64,000 nt of DNA from Candidatus Sulfomarinibacteraceae bacterium. GTDB lineage: Bacteria; Acidobacteriota; Thermoanaerobaculia; Thermoanaerobaculales; Sulfomarinibacteraceae. The stretch covers positions 64,001 through 128,000 of the forward strand of contig CAWCLO010000004.1 of assembly GCA_963796455.1 (NCBI GenBank), read 5' to 3'. Under the pieces are notes generated by a model. That model worked only from the letters and a program-made list of their open reading frames with translations, was not told where the DNA came from and searched no databases. The position numbers and the translations under genes are program-made. Shown piece by piece: positions 9,582 through 18,877 of this stretch. Numbering within the stretch: position 1 is the first letter of the stretch; the number at the start of each line of letters is the position of its first letter.

Positions 9582-10355
9582 TTACTCCAGATAACGGGCT
9601 TCGAAACGGATCGTTTTCCCTTTGGGATCGAGCAGAGTCAAGGTGTCTCCTGATATCTCGAATCCGGTCACCGAGCGGAGCGCGACCAGGAGAGAATCTT
9701 CGATCTTCATGGAATCGGCGCAATACCGTTTTGTGGTGCTCAAGGTTCCAAAGCTCAGACGCGACCCGTCCGCCTCATAACTTCCCATGAGTTGGTTGCA
9801 ACCCGCATATCCGCGAATGTTGCCGGTGTCGGACTCGAAGAGAATAAATGGTTCGCGCTTGCCGGCGCCGACGTAGACTTTGCTGGCGCGAATCTCGGTC
9901 ACCGCCCAACGGGTGTTCCTGAGTGAGGCATCGGGTTTGGCCTGTGCGCAGGTCTCACCAATAAGGACCGCGATGAAACGGTCGACGAGGACGACCTCCT
10001 CGGTGCCGTGCCCTTCCATCGGTGGGCGTTCGACGATCGATCCATCGATACTGACCATCAGGGGTTGACCGGCCTCCTCCACAGTGTCGAGGTAGGCTCG
10101 CTCGAGTCCGATGAAGTCTGCCTCCATCGCCACCGGTAGCCGTCGGCCGGTTGCGCAATCGGAGAAAAGCCCGGCGTCGGCCATATAGGTGAAGTTTCCT
10201 CGCATCGGCCTGGGTTTCACGGTGGCTGTGGCTTCGGAAGAGCTCGCCACAGGAGGACCGACAACCCGGGAAAGGCCGTCCACCGTATCTGTGGATCCGC
10301 AGGCCGTCAGGGTGGCCAGAGCGAAAGTTGCAGCGATGATCATGACGTTTTTCAT
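9582..10355 (-). CDS. Lipoprotein with NlpE-C-like and META (HslJ) domains
   Basis: Lipobox LTAC; YMADAGLFSDC; GYAGCN..STTKRYC. Confidence 0.8.
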   Translation of the reverse strand: MKNVMIIAATFALATLTACGSTDTVDGLSRVVGPPVASSSEATATVKPRPMRGNFTYMADAGLFSDCATGRRLPVAMEADFIGLERAYLDTVEEAGQPLMVSIDGSIVERPPMEGHGTEEVVLVDRFIAVLIGETCAQAKPDASLRNTRWAVTEIRASKVYVGAGKREPFILFESDTGNIRGYAGCNQLMGSYEADGSRLSFGTLSTTKRYCADSMKIEDSLLVALRSVTGFEISGDTLTLLDPKGKTIRFEARYLE

Positions 10356-10528
10356 CGGGTCCTCCTTGTGGGGTCGTATGAGGTTAGCAGGATTCAGGAA
10401 TAAGGAATTCCGGATCTCCGCCCAGGATCATCTCAGAAATCGCTATCGCCATCGGAATCGCTATCGCGATCGACGTGAACCCGATCTGCAACCCGGATGG
10501 CTGCTTCAATCGAGCATTAGCATCCAGA

Positions 10529-11251
10529 ATCACTGCCCGAATTGCAGCGATGGCGACAGTGTCCAGCGTCAGCGACAGACAACAGCGAACAGGGACAGCG
10601 GCAGGGAACAGCGACAGAGGACAGCGGCGGCGGCGGCGATCAGGAGTACAGGCGGCGAAGTGGCCACCTCCGGGTCGTTCAAAGGAAGGGGTAGCCGGTG
10701 GGCGGCCGATGTCAAGGACAGGCAGGGTGCAGGGCATCCTTGACATCGGCCACCACACCGGCTTGTGGGAATGGGCATGAACGACCCGGAGGTGACCATG
10801 TCCAACGCCGCCACGAACACCAACCTCGTCGCCCACTCGAAAGCCCTCGAAGCAGCAGGAATCGCGATCAAGCTCGTGATCAGGGTTCCAGCTCCTCTGA
10901 AGTCCATAGCCGATCAGGTAGTCCGATCGGCGAGTTCAGTCCCTGCCAACCTGGCAGAAGGCCACGGCCGATTCGGTAGAGACCGGTTGAACCACTGGAG
11001 AATCGCGTACGCCTCAGCCAAAGAGGTCGACAGCCACTTGCAGCTCCTCGCCCACGCCGGGGCGATCAGCCCGAACGGAGCCAGTGAAGCGATGAACGCC
11101 TTCGATCAGGTGCGTGCCATGACCTGGCGGCTCTTGAATCCGGAGAAGTGAGTGCTGTCGCTGATCGCTGACGCTGACTACTGTTAGCTGTTCACTGTCG
11201 CTGTCGCCGTCCCTGAACGGTAGCCGAGAACCTGTCTTGGACAAGAGTGAT
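10529..11251 (+). mobile_element. Modular element copy B (four-helix core; left end internally deleted)
   Basis: ATCACTG fused directly to CCCGAATTGCAGCG module; right TIR TGTCTTGGACAAGAGTGAT 11233-11251. Confidence 0.7.
10798..11151 (+). CDS. Four helix bundle protein, paralog of 4186-4539
   Basis: 111/117 identical residues by manual comparison; same leader. Confidence 0.9.
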   Translation: MSNAATNTNLVAHSKALEAAGIAIKLVIRVPAPLKSIADQVVRSASSVPANLAEGHGRFGRDRLNHWRIAYASAKEVDSHLQLLAHAGAISPNGASEAMNAFDQVRAMTWRLLNPEK

Positions 11252-11270
11252 GCGGGATCCAGCATCCTGC

Positions 11271-11309
11271 ATGACCCAGGTCAAGGACGGATCCGCGACT
11301 GAGTATCAT
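11271..11309 (+). promoter_or_regulatory. CRP/FNR-family-like box with downstream -10
   Basis: ATGAC-CCAG-GTCAA 11271-11284; TATCAT 11304-11309; class II-like spacing. Confidence 0.5.
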
Positions 11310-11329
11310 GATCTATTGCAGGAGGCGCC

Positions 11330-12568
11330 ATGAGTGAATTACTCGACAACAGTCGTCATCGTATCGAGACATTGAAGGAGATCATCAAGAGCCTGCACGA
11401 TGGGGCCGATCCCGACAGCCTGAAGGAGGAGTTCGGAGAACTTCTGGCCGAAGTCGGGCCGACCGAAATCGCGGCAATGGAAAATTCGCTGATGTCCGAT
11501 GGCATGAAGCAGGAAGAGATTCAGCGGATGTGTGATGTGCACGCGGCGGTTCTCGGTGGAGCAGCGCCACATGGACCGACGGACGTTCCGGCGGGTCACC
11601 CGATCCACACCTTCAGGCTCGAAAACGAACGAATCCGCGAGATCGTTGCCGAGTACAGGCTCTTTGCCGACAGGCTTCAGAGCGCAGACGCCGGGGAAGA
11701 CAACGACTGGCGAACGCTGCACGAGTCGCTGGCCGGGGTCGACGTGCACTACCAGCGCAAGGAGTATCTGGTTTTTCCTTATCTCGAAAAGGCGGGCATT
11801 GCCGGTCCTCCCAAGGTCATGTGGGGAGTCCACGATGAGATCCGGGAGAAGATCGCCGCAGCCGGAGAACTGATCTCGAACCAGAGCGACCTCGACACGG
11901 ACGGACGGGCTTTCGCGGTTCAAACCGTCATTCTGCCGATGCTCGAACAGATCGAAGGCATGACCGATAAAGAGGACCGTATTCTGTGGCCGATGACTCT
12001 CGAACACGTGGCGGTGCAGGACTGGGAGGCCGTTCGTTCGCAATGGGACGAGTTTGGAAAGGGCCTGGTCGAAGCGGCAGGTCTTTGGCTTCCCGTCATT
12101 CCAAAGCTCCCCGAGAAACCGGTCGAGCTCCCCGGCGACGATGCAGTCACTCTGCCGTCGGGCCACCTCACGATGCGCCAGTTGACCGCGCTGCTCAACG
12201 TCCTGCCGATGGATCTGACCTTTGTCGACGCCGAAGGCCGGGTCGGTTTTTTCAGCGAGGGGGACGACCGCGTCTTTGCCCGCAATCGAGCCATCATCGG
12301 CCGCAGGGTCGAGGATTGCCATCCGCCAAAGAGCGTCCACATCGTCGAACAGGTGGTGGACGACCTCAAATCCGGAAGGCGTGACGTGGCGGAGTTCTGG
12401 ATCCAGATGGGTGATCGGTTTGTGCATATTCGATACTTCGCGGTACGTGACGAAGGAGGCGAGTACCTCGGTACCCTCGAAGTCACCCAGGACATCGCGC
12501 CGCTCAGGGCCCTCGAGGGCGAACGGAGATTGTTGGCCGAGGTCTCGGCCGGTGAGGCGGGAGCATGA
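11330..12568 (+). CDS. DUF438 + hemerythrin-like + PAS domain protein
   Basis: MCDVHA, GHPIHTFRLEN, HYQRKE..VFPYLE, VMWGVHDEIR, CHPPKS. Confidence 0.9.
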   Translation: MSELLDNSRHRIETLKEIIKSLHDGADPDSLKEEFGELLAEVGPTEIAAMENSLMSDGMKQEEIQRMCDVHAAVLGGAAPHGPTDVPAGHPIHTFRLENERIREIVAEYRLFADRLQSADAGEDNDWRTLHESLAGVDVHYQRKEYLVFPYLEKAGIAGPPKVMWGVHDEIREKIAAAGELISNQSDLDTDGRAFAVQTVILPMLEQIEGMTDKEDRILWPMTLEHVAVQDWEAVRSQWDEFGKGLVEAAGLWLPVIPKLPEKPVELPGDDAVTLPSGHLTMRQLTALLNVLPMDLTFVDAEGRVGFFSEGDDRVFARNRAIIGRRVEDCHPPKSVHIVEQVVDDLKSGRRDVAEFWIQMGDRFVHIRYFAVRDEGGEYLGTLEVTQDIAPLRALEGERRLLAEVSAGEAGA

Positions 12569-13086
12569 GCGCGCCGGTGATCGGGCCCGAGACCCGGGTG
12601 GCTGATCTCCTGGATGCCCATCCCGAGGCGGAAGATGTGTTGATCGGAATCGCACCGCAATTCAAGGCACTCAAGAACCCTCTTCTTCGCCGAACGGTCG
12701 CCAAGGTCGCGACTCTCGAGCAGGCTGCGAGAGTCGCTGGGATGCAGCCAAGGGAACTGGTATTGGCGCTTCGAAGCGAACTCGGGCTCGGCGGCGACTC
12801 GAACATCGGCGACGGCCTCGTCGACGAAAGAGGGACCGAAATACCGGCCTGGGTCTCCTTGGATGCCGAAGCGACGATTGATGGCGCCGCACTGCTCGAT
12901 GCGGGCGAGACTCCGGTCAAAACCGTCTCCGCCACGCTTGCGGAAAAAGAGAGTGGAGACGTGGTGGTGGTCACGGCTCCTTTCCAACCCGCGCCCTTGA
13001 TCGACGGACTTCGCTCGAAGGGCCACGATGTCTTTGCCAGCGCGCAGGCCGACGAGAGTTGGAAGGTCTGGATTCGGAAGAAGTGA
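12565..13086 (+). CDS. DUF1858 domain protein with DUF2249-like C-terminus
   Basis: LKNPLLRRTVAKVATLEQAA; APFQPAPLI; ATGA overlap. Confidence 0.8.
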   Translation: MSAPVIGPETRVADLLDAHPEAEDVLIGIAPQFKALKNPLLRRTVAKVATLEQAARVAGMQPRELVLALRSELGLGGDSNIGDGLVDERGTEIPAWVSLDAEATIDGAALLDAGETPVKTVSATLAEKESGDVVVVTAPFQPAPLIDGLRSKGHDVFASAQADESWKVWIRKK

Positions 13087-13341
13087 AGACGCTACAGAGT
13101 TCGGAAATAGGACTGAGGAAATAGGAATCCTCGCTCCTCATTACGACCAGAGGTTTCGGTGCGCTCCTCCCCTTTCCCCCTTTCACCTCTGTAGTCGAGG
13201 AACGGAATCCAGCATCCATCGGGGCCGGTCTGTGTTACCTTTGCTCGACCTTAATTGAACACGGTTGTTGATCGAAAAAAAAGGGGTGCGGCAGGGAATC
13301 CAGGTTCAATTTTTTCGGTTATTCTCATCGAGTGGGGTTGA

Positions 13342-14196
13342 ATGATGTCGATTCAGAGCAGTCCACTGAGACTGGGTGTTGCCTTGATTATGTTGGTCGC
13401 GATCGCCGGTCCGGCTGAGGCTCAGCTGGTGAGCGAGGTGCCTGAGGCCCTGGACGAGGTCGGGGTGACGGAACACCTCGACGCCAAGCTGCCGCTCGAC
13501 GCGAGGTTTCGTGACGAAAGCGGCGAGTGGGTCGAGCTCGGGAGTTACTTCGACGGCGAACGGCCGGTGATCCTGACCCTCAACTACTACCGTTGCCCAA
13601 TGCTCTGCGGGCTGCAACTCAACGGTGTTGTAGATGGTCTCGAACAGATGGACTGGTCGCCGGGAGAAGAGTTCGAGATGGTGACGGTGAGCATCAACCC
13701 GCTCGAGACACCCGAGCTGGCTACCGCCAAAAAACAGAACTATCTCAAACGTTTGCAGCGACCTTCCGCAGGAAGCGGTTGGCATTTCCTGACCGGCAAT
13801 GAGCCCGAAATCGAGCGCCTCGCCGAGACGGTCGGCTTTGGCTACACCTATGATGCAGAGAGTGGTGAGTATGCCCACGCCGCCGTGACGATGGTGATCA
13901 CGCCCGATGGCAGGATCGCGCGTTATCTCTACGGGATCGAATATCCCGCCAAGCGTCTCAAGCTGGCGCTCCTCGAAGCGGCCGAAGGTTCTATCGGCAC
14001 AACCCTTGACCAACTGATTCTCTACTGCTATCACTACGATCCAACAAATCGTCGCTATTCACCGGTCGCAATGAATATCATGCGTCTCGGGGGAAGCGCC
14101 ACCGCGTTGATACTCGGAATCTCCCTCGGTGGTTTTTGGGCTCTTGAGTGGCGCCGGAAAAAACGATCCGCGAAAAAGAAGGACACGACTGCATGA
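13342..14196 (+). CDS. SCO family protein
   Basis: YYRCPMLC, YAHAA, RYLYGIEY, LYCYHYDP. Confidence 0.9.
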   Translation: MMSIQSSPLRLGVALIMLVAIAGPAEAQLVSEVPEALDEVGVTEHLDAKLPLDARFRDESGEWVELGSYFDGERPVILTLNYYRCPMLCGLQLNGVVDGLEQMDWSPGEEFEMVTVSINPLETPELATAKKQNYLKRLQRPSAGSGWHFLTGNEPEIERLAETVGFGYTYDAESGEYAHAAVTMVITPDGRIARYLYGIEYPAKRLKLALLEAAEGSIGTTLDQLILYCYHYDPTNRRYSPVAMNIMRLGGSATALILGISLGGFWALEWRRKKRSAKKKDTTA

Positions 14197-15203
14197 CGGC
14201 AACGCAATTTGTAGGATCACTGCTCGCACGGATCTCCATGGCTCCCGATCCCGAAGATGGGTCCTTCTGGATGCCACCACAGGTGTCGACGGTTGCCCAG
14301 GGTGTGGATTGGCTGTTCAATTTCATCCTCGCGATCTCGGTCTTTTTCTTTGTGCTCATCGTCGCGGCGATGGTGATCTTCGTTCTCAAGTATCGCCGCC
14401 GCGAGGGGCAGGGGGCAGAGGACTCACCGAACCACAATCTGCCGCTCGAGATCACGTGGACTGCGATACCAGTGCTGATCGTTATCGTCATTTTCTTCTT
14501 TGGATTCAAGGGCTTTCTCGATATGGCCACGCCGCCGGCCAACGCCTACGAGGTTCTGGTCGAGGGGCAGAAGTGGAATTGGAGCTTCACCTATCCGAAC
14601 GGTTATGTGGATGAGAATCTCCACGTACCGGTGGACCGTCCGGTGCAGCTCGTGATGTCCTCCGCCGACGTGATTCACAGCCTCTATGTGCCGGCTTTCA
14701 GGGTCAAGATGGACGTCGTTCCGGGTCGATACTCGAAGGCGTGGTTCGAGGCAACCCAACCCGGTGAATACGATCTTTTTTGCGCCGAGTATTGCGGCAC
14801 GAGCCACTCCGACATGTTGGCGCACGTCATCGTCCACCCGGTGGGCGAATTCGAGACCTGGCTCGAGGAGGCCTCGAATTTCCTCGCCACGATGTCGCCA
14901 GTCGACGCAGGACGCAAGCTCTTCCAGGTTCGTGGTTGCACCCAGTGCCACAGCATGGACGGGTCGGCAAAGACGGGCCCGACATTGCTCGGGGTCTTCG
15001 GCCGGGTCGAAAACATGGCCGACGGCAGTTCGCTGACGGTGGACGAAAATTATATTCGCGAGTCGATTCTGGAACCGAACGCGCGGGTGGTGGCTGGTTT
15101 CGAGCCGGTTATGCCCACCTATCAGGGAAGGCTCAAAGACGAAGAGATCATGGCGATCATCGAGTATCTCAAAGCGCCCGAAGGCGCATCTCAGGAGGAG
15201 TAG
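14193..15203 (+). CDS. coxB: Cytochrome c oxidase subunit II with C-terminal cytochrome c
   Basis: DVIHS, CAEYCGTSHSDM CuA site, CTQCH heme site; ATGA overlap with SCO. Confidence 0.95.
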   Translation: MTATQFVGSLLARISMAPDPEDGSFWMPPQVSTVAQGVDWLFNFILAISVFFFVLIVAAMVIFVLKYRRREGQGAEDSPNHNLPLEITWTAIPVLIVIVIFFFGFKGFLDMATPPANAYEVLVEGQKWNWSFTYPNGYVDENLHVPVDRPVQLVMSSADVIHSLYVPAFRVKMDVVPGRYSKAWFEATQPGEYDLFCAEYCGTSHSDMLAHVIVHPVGEFETWLEEASNFLATMSPVDAGRKLFQVRGCTQCHSMDGSAKTGPTLLGVFGRVENMADGSSLTVDENYIRESILEPNARVVAGFEPVMPTYQGRLKDEEIMAIIEYLKAPEGASQEE

Positions 15204-15209
15204 CAGCTG

Positions 15210-16904
15210 ATGGCTGAAGCGATCTCAGCCCCGGTCGCCGACACACACACCGGGGAGACCGAAAACTATCTCAAGCACGGCAAGGGGGTTCTCTCCTGGC
15301 TGTTCACGCTCGATCACAAACGGATCGGCGTGATGTATCTGGTGGCGATTCTGGCGTCGTTCTTCCTCGGCGGCATGTTTGCGATGCTGGTCCGGGCCGA
15401 GTTGTTTACGCCCGGGCAAACCATCATGACGGCCGATACCTACAACAAGATGTTTACCCTCCACGGAGCGGTGATGATCTTTCTCTTCATCATCCCGGGC
15501 ATTCCGGCCACCCTCGGCAATTTCGTGCTGCCGCTGATGCTCGGCGCCAAGGATGTGGCGCTGCCGAGGCTCAACCTGGCGAGCTTCTGGCTGTGGTTGA
15601 CCGGTGCGACCTTTGCGGTGTCCTCGATCATCATCGGCGCGGTTGATACGGGATGGACTTTTTACACCCCGTACTCGACGACCACCAGCACGGCCGTGGT
15701 GTCGATCACGATGGGAGTCTTCATCCTCGGGTTCTCATCGATTTTCACCGGCCTCAACTTCATCGTAACGATCCACAAGATGCGCCCCGAAGGCATGACC
15801 TGGTTCCGGATGCCGCTCTTCCTGTGGGGCATCTACTCCACCGCCATCATCCAGGTTTTGGCGACACCGGTGCTGGGCATCACTCTCTTGCTTCTCATCG
15901 CCGAGAGGACGCTCGGCGTGGGAATCTTCGACCCGGCCCTCGGCGGCGACCCGGTTCTGTTCCAGCACTTCTTCTGGTTTTATTCGCACCCGGCGGTCTA
16001 CATCATGATTCTGCCCGCCATGGCGATCATGAGTGAGTTGATCTCCACCTTCTCCGGCAAACACATTTTCGGATACAAGTTCATTGCGTGGTCGTCGATC
16101 GCGATCGCTCTCCTCAGCTTCCTGGTGTGGGGCCACCACATGTTCACCAGCGGGCAGTCGGGCTTGGTCAATATGATCTTTTCCGCGTTGACCTTTTCGG
16201 TGGCGATACCATCGGCGGTCAAGGTCTTCAACTGGCTCGCCACCATGTACAAGGGATCGATCCAGCTTGCCGCGCCGATGCTCTACGCCTTGTCCTTCCT
16301 CTTCCTCTTCGCCATCGGCGGTCTGACCGGCCTTTTCCTGGGCTCGCTCTCCACTGATATCCACCTTCACGACACCTACTTCGTCGTTGCCCACTTCCAC
16401 TACGTGATGTTTGGCGGCACAGTGATCGCCTTCCTCGGCGGGCTTCACTACTGGTGGCCGAAGATGTTCGGCCGGATGTACTCCGAGCGTTGGGCGCAGG
16501 TCGCCGCGCTACTCATTTTTGTCGGATTCAACCTGACCTTTTTCACCCAGTTCGTGATGGGCAGTCATGGCATGCCGCGACGCTACTACAACTACCTGGA
16601 GCGATTCACCGCCTATCACCAGGCATCGACGGTGGGTTCTTTCATCCTTGCGCTCGGATTCTTCGTCATGGCGGGTTACCTGCTGCACTCCCTGGTGGCC
16701 GGCGAGAAAGCACCACCGAACCCCTGGGGAGCCGCGACCCTCGAATGGGAAACCACCTCGCCGCCTGCCTATTTCAACTTCAAGCACGATATGCGGGCGG
16801 GTGATCCCTACGATCTCGAAGCGATGGAGAGGGACCCGGTCAATGGCGGGTATCGTCGAAAGGACCCGAGTTCGGTGCTGGCGGACGGTGGGGGAGCGAG
16901 CTGA
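15210..16904 (+). CDS. coxA: Cytochrome c oxidase subunit I (A2-type)
   Basis: [27 protein letters not shown]. Confidence 0.97.
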   Translation: MAEAISAPVADTHTGETENYLKHGKGVLSWLFTLDHKRIGVMYLVAILASFFLGGMFAMLVRAELFTPGQTIMTADTYNKMFTLHGAVMIFLFIIPGIPATLGNFVLPLMLGAKDVALPRLNLASFWLWLTGATFAVSSIIIGAVDTGWTFYTPYSTTTSTAVVSITMGVFILGFSSIFTGLNFIVTIHKMRPEGMTWFRMPLFLWGIYSTAIIQVLATPVLGITLLLLIAERTLGVGIFDPALGGDPVLFQHFFWFYSHPAVYIMILPAMAIMSELISTFSGKHIFGYKFIAWSSIAIALLSFLVWGHHMFTSGQSGLVNMIFSALTFSVAIPSAVKVFNWLATMYKGSIQLAAPMLYALSFLFLFAIGGLTGLFLGSLSTDIHLHDTYFVVAHFHYVMFGGTVIAFLGGLHYWWPKMFGRMYSERWAQVAALLIFVGFNLTFFTQFVMGSHGMPRRYYNYLERFTAYHQASTVGSFILALGFFVMAGYLLHSLVAGEKAPPNPWGAATLEWETTSPPAYFNFKHDMRAGDPYDLEAMERDPVNGGYRRKDPSSVLADGGGAS

Positions 16905-17752
16905 TGTCGAGCCACACCGATGATGCGCAGGACGGCCTCAAGGTCGATCATCATTTCGAAAATGCGGACCAGCAGTACCAATCGGCCAAGCTGGGAATGT
17001 GGTTGTTTCTGTCGACGGAAATCCTCTTCTTTGGCGGGCTCTTCGTGGCCTACTCGGTCTACCGTGCAAACAACCCCGAGATTTTTGTCTATGGCCACCA
17101 TTTTCTCGACAAAAACCTCGGAGCCCTCAATACGGTCATTCTCATCTGCAGCTCGCTGACCGCAGCCTGGGCGGTACGGGCGGCCCAACTGCGCCAGATC
17201 CGCCTGCTCAAGGTGATGATCGTGCTGACGATCGCCTGTGCATTTGGCTTCATGAGCATCAAGGCTGTCGAGTACAACGCCAAGTGGAAGCACGGGCTTC
17301 TCTGGGCGGGACAGTTCGATCCGCACGTCGACCACGAGGAATCCGGAGAGACCGCGATCGCTGATGATGCCGACCACAGCGAGGCCGTCGAAACTGAGGC
17401 CGCGGTCCCTGAAGAGCCCACCGTGGCCGATCCTGATCGTTCGGCCATCCCACCCGCCGCGGACGCTCCCTCAGGTTTAGCGCCACCACCCACCGAGGTC
17501 CACGAAGAAGAGACCGTCGAGGTGACCCCGGCCAACGCTCAGATCTACTTTTCGATCTATTTTCTGCTGACCGGGCTCCACGGTATTCATGTGCTCGGAG
17601 GGATCGGCGCCTTTTTGTGGCTCTTCATGTGCGCCCGCAGGGGAGATTTCGACAACGGCCATTTCACCCGTGTGGATATGGTCGCCCTCTATTGGCATCT
17701 GGTGGATCTGATCTGGATCTACCTCTTTTTGCTCCTCTACCTGATCGATTAG
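16904..17752 (+). CDS. coxC: Cytochrome c oxidase subunit III with acidic/Pro-rich insertion
   Basis: GMWLFLSTEILFF, TGLHGIHV, YWHLVDLIW. Confidence 0.92.
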   Translation: MSSHTDDAQDGLKVDHHFENADQQYQSAKLGMWLFLSTEILFFGGLFVAYSVYRANNPEIFVYGHHFLDKNLGALNTVILICSSLTAAWAVRAAQLRQIRLLKVMIVLTIACAFGFMSIKAVEYNAKWKHGLLWAGQFDPHVDHEESGETAIADDADHSEAVETEAAVPEEPTVADPDRSAIPPAADAPSGLAPPPTEVHEEETVEVTPANAQIYFSIYFLLTGLHGIHVLGGIGAFLWLFMCARRGDFDNGHFTRVDMVALYWHLVDLIWIYLFLLLYLID

Positions 17753-17761
17753 GAGACCCGG

Positions 17762-18097
17762 ATGACTGAAAACGAACAAAACGTCGGACACGTCTCATCG
17801 GTGAGGTTGCTCCTGGTTGTCTGGATCGCGCTGATGATCGGCACTTGGTTGACGGTTGCGGCCTCAACGATTGACCTTGGATTCCTCAATATCTGGATCG
17901 GGCTCGCGATTGCGACGGCCAAGGCCTTCCTCGTCGGTCTCTACTACATGCATCTGCGGTGGGACAAACCCTTCAACGCTTTCGTGTTCGTCACCGCCTT
18001 CGCCTTCCTCTTCCTCTTCATCGGTTTCGCGATGATGGACACCGGGCAATATCAGGTCGACGTCATCCCGGGCTACTCGCCCGGTATGGGAGGCTGA
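17762..18097 (+). CDS. coxD: Cytochrome c oxidase subunit IV family
   Basis: AIATAKAFLVGLYYMHLRWD. Confidence 0.88.
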   Translation: MTENEQNVGHVSSVRLLLVVWIALMIGTWLTVAASTIDLGFLNIWIGLAIATAKAFLVGLYYMHLRWDKPFNAFVFVTAFAFLFLFIGFAMMDTGQYQVDVIPGYSPGMGG

Positions 18098-18741
18098 TGG
18101 GTCGCGAAGAGGGAGACCGCCCGGCGTATCAGACGGAGAAGATTCCGACTGTCTCCACAACCACACCAACCACCGAACGAATCCGAGTTGATCGGGGTGG
18201 ACCGTCCATCGGCCGCATGGGGATGTGGCTCCTGATCGCGTCGCTCGCGGTCCTTTTTGGGGCGGCGATCGTCGGCTATCTGATCATCCGGATGCGGGCA
18301 CCGGAATGGCCCCCCCCGGGTTCGCCGGCGCTTCCCGGCGGCGTCTGGATCGGCACCGGTTTGTTGGTTGTTCTGAGTGCTCTGCTGGCCCGTGCGGAGA
18401 GCTCATGTCGAAAAGGCCAGTCCGGGACCGCGACACGGATGATGACTGCAGCGGCTGTGGTGGCGGTTGCGTTTCTCACGATCCAGGTCGGCAACTGGAT
18501 GCAATTGGCTGCGGAGACGGTGGTGCCGAAGGAGAGCCTGCTGGTCTGGGGCTTTTATGTCCTCACCTTCCTCCACGCGGTGCACGTGCTCGCGGGAATA
18601 CCGCCTTTGATCCTGGTCGCGCTGCGCACCCGTAGAGGCCACTACACGCCCGAAGAAACCGAGGGAATTCACCTCGTCGGAATGTATTGGCATTTTCTGC
18701 TGGTGACCTGGGTCGTGATTCTCGGAGTTTTGAGTTTTTAG
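18097..18741 (+). CDS. Second subunit III-like protein
   Basis: GMWLLIAS, LTFLHAVHV, YWHFL; TGATG coupling. Confidence 0.85.
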   Translation: MGREEGDRPAYQTEKIPTVSTTTPTTERIRVDRGGPSIGRMGMWLLIASLAVLFGAAIVGYLIIRMRAPEWPPPGSPALPGGVWIGTGLLVVLSALLARAESSCRKGQSGTATRMMTAAAVVAVAFLTIQVGNWMQLAAETVVPKESLLVWGFYVLTFLHAVHVLAGIPPLILVALRTRRGHYTPEETEGIHLVGMYWHFLLVTWVVILGVLSF

Positions 18742-18830
18742 TTTTGAGGTTTGAGTTTCCGCCGAGCCCCTTCGCGGGTAACTTCCATGGGAACGTCAAC
18801 TCATAACTCAAAACTCATAACTCAAACCTC
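18725..18830. repeat. Inverted heptamer tracts (GAGTTTT)n ... (AACTCAW)n
   Basis: 18725-18759 and 18798-18830 between convergent genes. Confidence 0.85.
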
Positions 18831-18877
18831 GCTGCGTCCAACGTTGCGATTGATCGTTTCGAGCCGACTCCGGTGAG

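Noticed and set aside
4186..11151. Diversity-generating retroelement (Avd-like gene with TR/VR pair)
   Set aside because: No reverse transcriptase in the window; differences between the copies are mostly synonymous and not adenine-specific
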